64,000 nucleotides of DNA from a virus. The notes under the pieces are model-generated. The model saw nothing but the letters and a program-made list of their open reading frames with translations. It was not told the DNA's origin and searched no databases. Each line of letters begins with the position of its first letter. Position 1 is the first letter of the stretch. Shown here piece after piece: positions 46,027 to 55,228 of this stretch. Made by a program: the position numbers and the translations under genes. The stretch spans positions 32,001 through 96,000 of IMG/VR virus record IMGVR_UViG_3300024999_000041, one strand, 5' to 3'.

Positions 46027-46959
46027 CTACTCGGTATAAAAATCATCTACATCTTGAATAATCTCAGATAAGTCGAGACCTTCTAACTCAGTAGAGCTAG
46101 GGAGTTGTACCGTTTGAACAGGTGCCTGAGTAGGAACAACTTGTGCTGGCTGGGGTAAAGGTGCCAAGTTCACAACAGGTGCTATCTGTTGTGGAGGTAA
46201 TGATAATCCCACAACCCCAGCTACCGTTTGTTGTTGCTGTACTTGAGGTTGAGCCACTGGCTGAGGTAATGCTTCTACTTGAGGAGATGCTAATACTTCC
46301 TGAGATTTAGAAACATTTTGTAAGATAGCGTTTCTTAGTTTGTCCCCATTCAAATCTTTACCTAAAGAAGGTCTAATTAATTCCCTGTAACTGATTAAGA
46401 AGTTCTTAGCCTGTTCTACTAGCTGAGGATTCTTTGCAATATCAAATCCTCCCTTAACTTTAATCTTAGGAGAAACTCTTTTAAATCTACCTTCTCCTTC
46501 TGAAGTTCCTTTGATACGTAATATCTTAGAAGGGATAGTAGCAGGGTCTACTTCACTGTCTTCTAATTCATCCAACAATGCTTTATAATCTTTCTCCGTT
46601 AATTCTAATCTTACAAAAGATACAGGTAGTTGAAAATTGTTTTTGTCAACAGTAGTAAAAACCATTGCTGGTAATACATACTTACTAGATGGATAGGACT
46701 TTGTAGTTTCTTCACTTAGTACCCCTTGACTTATTAAGTCCTCTAGTACTTTACAACAATCTCCCTTGATGCGTATTCCGTCATCGTCTGTTGATGTGGT
46801 ACAATGAATAGAGCCAACTCCCTTTACAAAGTGTGTCTTTGGATTCAAAAAGAAATCCTCATCTACGCTAAGTATGTTTACAAATTTAATCTCATCGTCC
46901 ACCAAATCCATTTTCTTAATAATGTTAGATTGTTTTGGGGCTTCTCCGAATTTTACCAT
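46027..46959 (-). CDS. Probable single-stranded DNA-binding protein
   Basis: H..C...CC Zn-like ligands, P/Q linker, acidic tail DDFYTE; replication context. Confidence 0.45.
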   Translation of the reverse strand: MVKFGEAPKQSNIIKKMDLVDDEIKFVNILSVDEDFFLNPKTHFVKGVGSIHCTTSTDDDGIRIKGDCCKVLEDLISQGVLSEETTKSYPSSKYVLPAMVFTTVDKNNFQLPVSFVRLELTEKDYKALLDELEDSEVDPATIPSKILRIKGTSEGEGRFKRVSPKIKVKGGFDIAKNPQLVEQAKNFLISYRELIRPSLGKDLNGDKLRNAILQNVSKSQEVLASPQVEALPQPVAQPQVQQQQTVAGVVGLSLPPQQIAPVVNLAPLPQPAQVVPTQAPVQTVQLPSSTELEGLDLSEIIQDVDDFYTE

Positions 46960-46964
46960 TCTGT

Positions 46965-47288
46965 TTAATCCTCCTCAGAATTTAATAACTCTACTATGCT
47001 CGGTAAAAATATATCGTTAAATATTTTATTACTGGCTTTATCTGTCATCCGTAATGTTTTGCTTTTAGGAATATAGTCATCACAAATATTTATTTCTATG
47101 TTCCCTTTGACTAATGAAGCACTTATCTTTTTATACTTAGATAAATATAACCTATCTGTATTTCTACAAACCTCCTTCATGTTCTTTAAAATTATATACA
47201 ATAGTAAGTGAACATCTCTCTTATTTAAATATATTCCTAACTCAGCTAGGTCATTGCATATACCTGTATATAAATCATCAGCTTTCAA
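46965..47288 (-). CDS. Hypothetical protein
   Basis: Co-oriented ORF. Confidence 0.55.
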   Translation of the reverse strand: MKADDLYTGICNDLAELGIYLNKRDVHLLLYIILKNMKEVCRNTDRLYLSKYKKISASLVKGNIEINICDDYIPKSKTLRMTDKASNKIFNDIFLPSIVELLNSEED

Positions 47289-47290
47289 GT

Positions 47291-47683
47291 CTAATACCTG
47301 CGTGTATCAGGATTTGCCATTTGTTTAATTTTTAACAAGTCCGCCAAGGTTCTAGCCCTTTGAGAAAAAGTATATACATGGTTCTTATATTCTTCTAACA
47401 TGGAATTAACTTCCTCATAAGCTTTCTTGGATTGAACTTGTTCTGATACAGTTCCTCCTTTTTTTACTTTATCCTTAATAAGACTGGACAAATTGTATAG
47501 AATGGAAACAATGTAACTAGCATTATATTGTAGCTCTAAGCTAACATTTATCCTACTTTCATACTCTGTTATAGACAAGTTTAAATTTTCTAAGTCGTCT
47601 CTGTTATCCGCTAACACAGTCTTGAATACATTTATACTATTTCCTAAGTCTGTCCTTAGCCTAGATATTCCTTCCCAACTCAT
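47291..47683 (-). CDS. Hypothetical helical protein
   Basis: ATGA overlap. Confidence 0.6.
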   Translation of the reverse strand: MSWEGISRLRTDLGNSINVFKTVLADNRDDLENLNLSITEYESRINVSLELQYNASYIVSILYNLSSLIKDKVKKGGTVSEQVQSKKAYEEVNSMLEEYKNHVYTFSQRARTLADLLKIKQMANPDTRRY

Positions 47684-48120
47684 TCACAAATCTCCTTTAA
47701 AAATTTTACTCTACCTAAATCTTCCTCTCCCAAATTCTGGTAAGCAAGTATCAAGGAGTAATATCTGTTTTTTAATTCTTTACTTCTCGTTGAAGATATT
47801 ATAGATAATATAATTCCTATGTCCAACTTAGAAGTTATGAGTAAATTATTTAAATTAAGATTACTTATATTGTCCATTATAAATTCTTTTCCCAAATTAG
47901 GGTTAGTAGAGATACCGTCCCAAGTTAAATAGTCTTTAAAAGAATTTATAAACTTCTCTGGTAAATTAGGCAAATAAGATATATCTAACCAAGAATGTTC
48001 TCCAAATTTATGTTCTACTTCAAGTATAACATCTTCTTTGGATTGGATACCTAACATATAATTATTTATTAATGAATCGTACTTACTAGAAATATTTATC
48101 ATGTCCATAATAAAACCCAT
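47680..48120 (-). CDS. Hypothetical repeat-like protein
   Basis: W.DIS..PNL repeats. Confidence 0.55.
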   Translation of the reverse strand: MGFIMDMINISSKYDSLINNYMLGIQSKEDVILEVEHKFGEHSWLDISYLPNLPEKFINSFKDYLTWDGISTNPNLGKEFIMDNISNLNLNNLLITSKLDIGIILSIISSTRSKELKNRYYSLILAYQNLGEEDLGRVKFLKEICE

Positions 48121-48131
48121 CCTTATAATAC

Positions 48132-48160
48132 ATTATATCATTAATGTAAATAAATGTCAA
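48132..48160 (-). promoter_or_regulatory. sigma70 promoter
   Basis: TTGACA-17-TATAAT with TG. Confidence 0.7.
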
Positions 48161-49420
48161 CTACAAAATCATGCTGTTTATAAATTCTCGAGTAATTATA
48201 CAATCGTCTGGCTTCTTATCAATCCTAAAGTTCCAATCCATAGCCCTGCAATGGGACATTCTATTATTTTTTGAGCTAAAATCCTGACCCTCACAAGCTA
48301 ATACCAATCCTAGGTATTCAGTATTCAATGTAGGATTACCTTGTTCATCTATTACTGTCATCTTTCTTCTCAAAGAATCAGTTATTCCAGAGATAGTTCC
48401 AATCCATTGTTCAGTTAAAGATTCATCTTCTTCCTCAACATAACAAGAAACTTTGATGCCTCCTATTAAATTCTGTACTGCTAGGGCTGAATTCTTTTTA
48501 GGAAGTATGGAACCTGAGATAAAACAATCTATATCTTCATTCTTACTTCCAGATAGTGTTCTCTTCATCTTAACTTGAACATGTCTCTTACGAGAAGTAG
48601 TAGCATAGTATTGCTCGTTAAGATTCTTTAGTACTATCCCTTCTCCCCCGTTAGCTACTATCCCATCAAAGAATTCTTGTTTATTTATTATAGTACTTTC
48701 TGGTAACTCAAAAGGAGTTATCCCTTCAATCTTTTTCATAAAGCTAGTTAATAGTTGTCTGCGTTGTCTGAGTGTTTTAGGTTTAAGGTCTTGGTTATCA
48801 AACTCCAACATATCAAACACACAAAACTTCAAAGGATTCCCATCCATCTGAATCTCTATAGCTCTTTCTGCATGGGAACCTAAGATAGAAACAGTGGCAT
48901 TCAACTCAGTAGCTGAGAATGTTCCGCCCCTTGAAGTAGTATCTAAAGTTTTATTAGATACTAAAACCTCAGCATCCAAGATAAAAGATTGTTTGAACAC
49001 CCCTCTATAACTCTGGGGGGTTCTAACTTTACCATCTTTAGTTATTAATAATATTTTTTCCGTATAACAATTAGGTAGAAAAGTTATATCTGATATATCC
49101 CTAGAGAAAAACTCAAATCCCCAGTCGGGGTGATAAGTTATTATAACACGGCATCCATCAATCTTAACCTCGCCCAACCAGTCCTCTGATGTCAAGAGGT
49201 GTTTTTGTTCCTCTGGTTTAAGTTCTTTAAAAGAAAAACATAGTTGTGGAGTATGTAATTCAAACAATCGTTTATACATCCCCCATGTTTGAACTTTAGG
49301 ATACTTATTATAGTAATCTATTCCCAATATTTTTTCAAGCTCTTTGTTGGTAGTCTTAGGATTAGATGGTATAGGAATACCTCGTACCTTGAAATGTTGT
49401 AATATTTCCTCCTTTTTCAT
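48161..49420 (-). CDS. lig: ATP-dependent DNA ligase
   Basis: EVKIDGCR, LDAE, FD, EGIVLK, KMK, C-terminal OB-like domain. Confidence 0.8.
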   Translation of the reverse strand: MKKEEILQHFKVRGIPIPSNPKTTNKELEKILGIDYYNKYPKVQTWGMYKRLFELHTPQLCFSFKELKPEEQKHLLTSEDWLGEVKIDGCRVIITYHPDWGFEFFSRDISDITFLPNCYTEKILLITKDGKVRTPQSYRGVFKQSFILDAEVLVSNKTLDTTSRGGTFSATELNATVSILGSHAERAIEIQMDGNPLKFCVFDMLEFDNQDLKPKTLRQRRQLLTSFMKKIEGITPFELPESTIINKQEFFDGIVANGGEGIVLKNLNEQYYATTSRKRHVQVKMKRTLSGSKNEDIDCFISGSILPKKNSALAVQNLIGGIKVSCYVEEEDESLTEQWIGTISGITDSLRRKMTVIDEQGNPTLNTEYLGLVLACEGQDFSSKNNRMSHCRAMDWNFRIDKKPDDCIITREFINSMIL

Positions 49421-49431
49421 AATCCCCTCCG

Positions 49432-50241
49432 TTAATCTGGAGTACCCTCTTGAGAATCCTCTTCGGGATTTATTAACTTCTCAAGTTTTTTCTTAATACG
49501 TTTATCCCTTTGAAGTTCTTTTTTCTCTTCTAAGTCTCTTCTTGTCTGCTCTTCTAAAGCTAATCTAACTTCTTCAGCTAAAGCTTCTTGTTCTTTCTGC
49601 TTCTTACTTTTTCTTTTCTTTTTGGGTTTCTCTTCTTCCGTCTCATCATCTTCTAAATCTTTTAAAGAATCTGTCGTAACTGCATCTTCATCATTGGTCA
49701 TTATATATACATCTTCATTTACAGATACAACATACTTACTTGTTTTCTGAATAGCCTTAAGTATCTTCTCAGCAGGAGACAACTTCGTATCCTGTAATGA
49801 TTCTAAGATAGCTTGGGAGTGATATTCTCCAGAGCCTATACAAACAAAATTATCAGCAGGTTCTAATATAGATAAGTCTGTTTGAACTACAAATAACTTA
49901 TTCTCTATACCTACAATGAGTTCACTGCCTCCTCCCATAAGTTCTACACCATTCACATCTATGAGAAATTTCTCTTGTCTTAAACAATTAATAAGTGAAT
50001 CATAAAAAGAAGTATATACATACTCATATATATCTTGGTCAATAAATCTAGGAACTACAACTAACTTGTGAGTTAATATCTGTATCATCCTAAAACTTCC
50101 ACAAACTCCTATGATAAAATCTCCTACTTGAAAAACTTTTCTCGGATAATTTATCTTAGCTCCAGTAAAACTATTAGAACCAAAACTATCAGTTCCTAAG
50201 TATACATAATCCTCAGTCCGTATCCCTACTACACAAGTCAT
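49432..50241 (-). CDS. HslV/proteasome beta-type Ntn peptidase with charged C-terminal tail
   Basis: MTCVVG (Thr1), GTDS, KVF, IGSG. Confidence 0.75.
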   Translation of the reverse strand: MTCVVGIRTEDYVYLGTDSFGSNSFTGAKINYPRKVFQVGDFIIGVCGSFRMIQILTHKLVVVPRFIDQDIYEYVYTSFYDSLINCLRQEKFLIDVNGVELMGGGSELIVGIENKLFVVQTDLSILEPADNFVCIGSGEYHSQAILESLQDTKLSPAEKILKAIQKTSKYVVSVNEDVYIMTNDEDAVTTDSLKDLEDDETEEEKPKKKRKSKKQKEQEALAEEVRLALEEQTRRDLEEKKELQRDKRIKKKLEKLINPEEDSQEGTPD

Positions 50242-50825
50242 GAAAAATCCCCCACTGAACTATTATAACCTACTATTTTATTGAAAACATCAAATAAATT
50301 TCTAATATTCTCTGTCTTCGACTCTATATCTTTCGAGTCGTAGTGTAATGAAAATGTTTTGCACAGAGTAGCAAATTTATAATCCCTATAAGATTCTCTA
50401 GTAGCATTCTCTATTAATGGAGCTATGTAAAGTAAGTCATACCCTCCAAACTTAATATAACTATATAGATTATACTCCGTATATAATTTTATAAAGTTAT
50501 TAAGAAATTCTAAATCGAATTTAATATTATGCCCCACGACAGTCAATTTATCTTTTCCTTTATTGGTAACTTCTTTAAGAGTAGATATGAACTTATAACA
50601 AGCTTCTTCTGGATTTCCATAACCTCTAAGAGTATCTATGTCTATTCCATTAAAATCTAAAGCTTCTTTAGCTATAGTGGAAGGAAGTCTACCTCGTCTG
50701 GGCTTAATATGAAATGTATTCTGGTCTACTATAGCATTATTGTGTTCTACTCTATAACATAATTTTATTATATCGTCATACTCTGAATTCAATCCAGTAG
50801 TAGCCGTGGATAAAAACAGATACAT
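50238..50825 (-). CDS. DnaQ/DEDDh exonuclease-like protein, catalytic residues degenerate
   Basis: LSTATTGL instead of DxETTG; GHNIKFD retained. Confidence 0.7.
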   Translation of the reverse strand: MYLFLSTATTGLNSEYDDIIKLCYRVEHNNAIVDQNTFHIKPRRGRLPSTIAKEALDFNGIDIDTLRGYGNPEEACYKFISTLKEVTNKGKDKLTVVGHNIKFDLEFLNNFIKLYTEYNLYSYIKFGGYDLLYIAPLIENATRESYRDYKFATLCKTFSLHYDSKDIESKTENIRNLFDVFNKIVGYNSSVGDFS

Positions 50826-50853
50826 CCCTTCTCCTTTATATCATTCTTAATCC

Positions 50854-50882
50854 ATTATATCACAATATTTAAGATATGTCAA
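50854..50882 (-). promoter_or_regulatory. sigma70 promoter
   Basis: TTGACA-17-TATAAT with TG. Confidence 0.7.
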
Positions 50883-50888
50883 TTTAAA

Positions 50889-52223
50889 TTATATAACAAC
50901 TTTAATAATAGTTTTATTATCACAAAGTTTATCGTGGCTCTTAGCATTGTACGCTTCTATCTCTTTAGTAACATCGTAACCAACTACGTCTCCGTAATTT
51001 TGTAAATCCACCTTAATTATATCCCTGTTCTTATTCTTATAGAAAATTCCTATATTCTGAGAAGCTCTTCCCGATAATTGTAATCCTCTATCGGAGTAAG
51101 CATTCTGACCACACATACTAGCCGACCTACTATAATTATCAGACACACAAGCTTCATGTAAATGTCCACTAAGCACATAGTCAATAAAAATTCCATCATA
51201 AGCATACTTCGCTACAGCCTTCTTGATTCCGTTAGCTAAATCAGATTTAAATTGATGCCCGTGAATTAACAAAACATTGTTACCTGCAACATCTATGACT
51301 TGTTCTAGTGGGTCTTCTAAATGAAAAGACACTGACGGAGAACCCATGAATCTAGCGTTAAGCATATTATATAACATCAAATCATAATTGTCAGAAGCTA
51401 TAATATCTGTCCATGCAATATCTTTAGCCATTCTAGTTTCATTACCCGTTACACCGCAAAAAGTAATTTTAAAATCTTTATTTAAGTCCAAGATAAATTG
51501 GGACAACAAACTTGTAGCAAGTAAACAAGCCTTCATTCTATTAGTAGCATTGTTTAATAACTTATCTAGGATATCGTCTTTGTTGAGTAAATCCCCCGTA
51601 GAACAGACAGCAACACTTTTAATACCGTTTAATTTAAAATAGCTAACTGCTCTATCTGCTAACAACTTTAATCTCTTAGAAGCTATATGAAAATCATATT
51701 TATTATTCTTTAAATTGATTAACTCGTTAAAATGTAAATCAGATAGTTGAATGATACCCATACAATCTGAGCTTACGTTAGTATGTTTAATTGTTTTCTC
51801 TGAAAGATTAATACTTTTCAATAACTGTATTAATTCTAAATTAGATTCCTCTAAAGCGTTAGTTAATCTATCTTCGTGTCTAAGCCCCTTACGTTCTATT
51901 CTATTAATATCTTGAAGCTTTTGAACCTTACGTCTTAATTGAATGTTAGCAATTAAAACATCCTCATCTACTTCTTTCTCTACATCCTCTTTTAATTCTT
52001 GTTGTTTCTGCTTAGACAAATCAGAAGGATATATATCTGACTTAGATAATTCTAATACTAATTTATCTCTATATTCCGAACTAAAGAACATATTAATATC
52101 ATTAGTTGTGTACTCATTAGATACTTCTCTTATTCTTTTTCTCCAGTAACTTCTTCCCCTGTATTTACCTTCTGAGATACACCCTTGATACAATAACTCA
52201 AAAAGCTTTTCAAATTTTTCCAT
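50889..52223 (-). CDS. Calcineurin-like metallophosphoesterase
   Basis: SDLH, GD, GNE, HGH, GHLH. Confidence 0.75.
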   Translation of the reverse strand: MEKFEKLFELLYQGCISEGKYRGRSYWRKRIREVSNEYTTNDINMFFSSEYRDKLVLELSKSDIYPSDLSKQKQQELKEDVEKEVDEDVLIANIQLRRKVQKLQDINRIERKGLRHEDRLTNALEESNLELIQLLKSINLSEKTIKHTNVSSDCMGIIQLSDLHFNELINLKNNKYDFHIASKRLKLLADRAVSYFKLNGIKSVAVCSTGDLLNKDDILDKLLNNATNRMKACLLATSLLSQFILDLNKDFKITFCGVTGNETRMAKDIAWTDIIASDNYDLMLYNMLNARFMGSPSVSFHLEDPLEQVIDVAGNNVLLIHGHQFKSDLANGIKKAVAKYAYDGIFIDYVLSGHLHEACVSDNYSRSASMCGQNAYSDRGLQLSGRASQNIGIFYKNKNRDIIKVDLQNYGDVVGYDVTKEIEAYNAKSHDKLCDNKTIIKVVI

Positions 52224-52267
52224 CGTCTTCCCTCTTCCGTTTTATCTATATATAATATAACTTAAGA

Positions 52268-54772
52268 TTAATTACAGCGTTTAGGAATCAGTCTTACTCT
52301 GCTGTCGTCTTCCCATTTGAAAGCAAATAGGTGTCCAAGACTGTCTCCCACCTCTATAGAACAATCTATAGGTATTGGGAAGTTAGGAGGATTGAATACC
52401 ATCAAATCTTCTATTACTTTAGCCCACTGAGTAAATCTTCTTTTGTTTATTCTATAATTACATTCATCATGTACGGATGAGACATAAGCTACCTCACTAG
52501 AGTACTTAGGATTAAGAAATATCTTATTAGCTAAGTTCACTAACAATTGCCTCATAATAGAACTTCCAGAACCTTGAATTTTATGAGAAGCTATTGTCCT
52601 AACTCCAAAGTTATAAGTTCCTCTATCATCGGAAGTTAAGTAGTGTTTAACTCTCCGAGGTCTTCCGAACATATCGGTTACTGTAAAGTTAGTTTCCTTC
52701 TCTGCCTTATTCAACTCTAGGTCTTTCCAAACTTTAAGAGTTATGTTAGCATTCCACCATTTATTATACAGCTCTTGAGATTCCTCTTCAGACATCATAA
52801 CTCCCATCTGTTCAGCTACCGCTTTCAAGACTGGAGGACTTCCTCCGTATAATAAACCAAAGTTAGCTACCTTAGCTGCTTTTCTTTTTTCTTTATCGTA
52901 ATTCTCTTCTCCGAATAATTTCTTAGCCATTTCAGTATGAACGTCCCTACCTTCTTTAAAAGGTTCTACGAAGTTAGGTTCCCCGCTAATAACACCAGCT
53001 AACTTAAGTTCTTGTGCTGAATAATCCACTGATAGGATTAACTCATCATCGTTCTTAACCCGTATAGCTTTTCTTACATTAAGGTCTGGGCTTAATCCCT
53101 CTACAAAATACTTATTAGGATTCTGAGATACATATTCCTTAACATCATCTGGCTTACCGATTAATTTAAACTCATACCCAAGAATGCCTTGGTAGTCATT
53201 ATCCAACTTGATAGCTTCGTATATAGCTGGTTTAGGCTTAGTTAAATTCTGTATATTTAAATTTATGAAATAATCATTGTCCTCGGCTTTAGACTTACCC
53301 CCCGTTCCAGAAGCTAACCTTCCAGAAGCAGTGTCGAATAATTTATAGTTAATCCTGCATATTCCTATGTTAGGGTTATCTGGAAGCGAATCACACTTAG
53401 ATAGTTTATCTATATAAGAATTTAATTGTTTCTCCAAAGAACTAAGCTCTATCAACTCTTTGACTATAGGATGCTGACCAGATACTTGCAATAAAGCATC
53501 CTTAGCAGTACTCATACAACCAGTCTCTGTTCTGACTCCCGTATCTATTCCCAAGGACATTAAGGCTGCTGGTAGCTCTTTAGTCCTAGAACGTATGTTA
53601 AAAGGGTATCCTACTGTTTGGAAGATACTCATCTCTAGTTCTTCTATTCTCTTTAATATAGTATCTTTGTACTCGTTCATAACAAGCTTATCTATGTACA
53701 AAGGATTCTCTACATAGTAATCAGCAAATGCCTTAACAAGCTTATTATCTAAGGATAATATTTTTTCGCAACCTTCCCTTTTCAAAGTTGGATAGAGAAC
53801 TTGAAATAGCCCAAAAGTATTTCCAGTATCACAAGAAGCATAAAAAGCACAAGCAGAAGGGTCTACGTCTTTTAATGTCTTGTTGGTACCTAATACTTCT
53901 TTAAATTTAGTAGCACGTCTTCCCAAGAAATGTTCCGTTGCTGGTTTTAATCCCATCATACCTTTAGCATTTGTATCTGAATTATAGGTCAATACCATAG
54001 TATCAAAAATATTTATCTTTGAAGTATCATAACCTTCCTTCTTAAGCATTGACATATCAAATGTGGCATTATGACATAAGGTTAATTTTGATTTACGTAA
54101 AGCATCATAAATTATATCTAAACAATTTTTAGGATTTAAATTCTTTTCACTTTCTTTATACTTCTTGATTTTAATTTTTTTCATAGAAGGTTCAAGAGTA
54201 TAAAAATTCTCTTTAAGAATTTTTAATGACTCTGGGAAATGTTCTTCTAAATCAAGAGGATAGATACAAGTAGCTTCTTCTATCTTCTCTTTAATTATTT
54301 CAAGATAGTCCTTATCGAGGGACTTAGCTTCCATTAAGGATTCTAAAAATATATTAGGATAGTCTATGACACTATCATCATCTGGAGAAAATCCCTCGAT
54401 ACTTTCATTAGCTTTAATTAATTTTTTAAGAATCTTATCTTGAGTAGGTTTCTTGAAATGAATTAATCCTGTATCTTCATATCTTTTTTCTTCTTTCCCT
54501 TCCTCATCCCACGAAAGGACATGTCGAATGGGAATATAATATCCCGACCAAGCATCAAAACTAAAAGAGAATCCTATCATTTCATTTCTCCTGTAGTCCA
54601 GTCCGTCCGTCTCACAGTCATAAGCCATTACTCTTCCAGTACAATCTCCTAACAAGTCTTTTAATTCTTGTTCTGACTCTATCAACTTATATTTAAATTT
54701 ATCTTCCCAATTAAAATCTAATGGTACTGGGTCAAAATAATGTCGGTAGTCTATTTTATTTGCTATGCTCAC
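52268..54772 (-). CDS. polA: Family A DNA polymerase with 3'-5' exonuclease
   Basis: DCETDG, HNATFD, DYSAQEL, RKAAKVANFGLLYG, VHDE. Confidence 0.92.
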   Translation of the reverse strand: MSIANKIDYRHYFDPVPLDFNWEDKFKYKLIESEQELKDLLGDCTGRVMAYDCETDGLDYRRNEMIGFSFSFDAWSGYYIPIRHVLSWDEEGKEEKRYEDTGLIHFKKPTQDKILKKLIKANESIEGFSPDDDSVIDYPNIFLESLMEAKSLDKDYLEIIKEKIEEATCIYPLDLEEHFPESLKILKENFYTLEPSMKKIKIKKYKESEKNLNPKNCLDIIYDALRKSKLTLCHNATFDMSMLKKEGYDTSKINIFDTMVLTYNSDTNAKGMMGLKPATEHFLGRRATKFKEVLGTNKTLKDVDPSACAFYASCDTGNTFGLFQVLYPTLKREGCEKILSLDNKLVKAFADYYVENPLYIDKLVMNEYKDTILKRIEELEMSIFQTVGYPFNIRSRTKELPAALMSLGIDTGVRTETGCMSTAKDALLQVSGQHPIVKELIELSSLEKQLNSYIDKLSKCDSLPDNPNIGICRINYKLFDTASGRLASGTGGKSKAEDNDYFINLNIQNLTKPKPAIYEAIKLDNDYQGILGYEFKLIGKPDDVKEYVSQNPNKYFVEGLSPDLNVRKAIRVKNDDELILSVDYSAQELKLAGVISGEPNFVEPFKEGRDVHTEMAKKLFGEENYDKEKRKAAKVANFGLLYGGSPPVLKAVAEQMGVMMSEEESQELYNKWWNANITLKVWKDLELNKAEKETNFTVTDMFGRPRRVKHYLTSDDRGTYNFGVRTIASHKIQGSGSSIMRQLLVNLANKIFLNPKYSSEVAYVSSVHDECNYRINKRRFTQWAKVIEDLMVFNPPNFPIPIDCSIEVGDSLGHLFAFKWEDDSRVRLIPKRCN

Positions 54773-54784
54773 TATAAAATCTCC

Positions 54785-55228
54785 TCAATTAACTTCATCT
54801 AATCTGTAACCGTGATATAGATTGTCTAAAAAGACATCTATTCTTTCAAAGCTATCCACCCAAGTATTATTTACTTTTAATATTACTTCCTCATCCCTTA
54901 ATCCATTTTTTAACAATCCCAAGTCTTTTATAAGTTTACTGTAATCTTTTATTTCTTTATCGGAAAAATTATCTTTAAGATATTTAAATGGATTTATATT
55001 TAATTTTAATTTTAAATAATCATAAGAAGTAAAAAATCTATGTTCTCCCCAACAATGTAATCTAATTACTCCATCATCATCGAAATAAAATCTAGCAGAC
55101 TTAGACTTACTGTACCTAGGGTCTTCGTGGAAAGGACAAAAGACATTACCGTATCCAACATCAATCAAAGAATCAAAAGGAACTAATTTTTCTATAAGTA
55201 TTCTAACCTCTCTCTCATTTAGATTCAT
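54785..55228 (-). CDS. CHC2 zinc-finger (primase ZBD-like) protein
   Basis: CPFHED..S.S...HCWG. Confidence 0.6.
   Translation of the reverse strand: MNLNEREVRILIEKLVPFDSLIDVGYGNVFCPFHEDPRYSKSKSARFYFDDDGVIRLHCWGEHRFFTSYDYLKLKLNINPFKYLKDNFSDKEIKDYSKLIKDLGLLKNGLRDEEVILKVNNTWVDSFERIDVFLDNLYHGYRLDEVN

Noticed and set aside
52268-54772. Intein or intron in the DNA polymerase
   Set aside because: Insertions lack Cys/Ser start, His-Asn end and LAGLIDADG motifs; the frame is continuous
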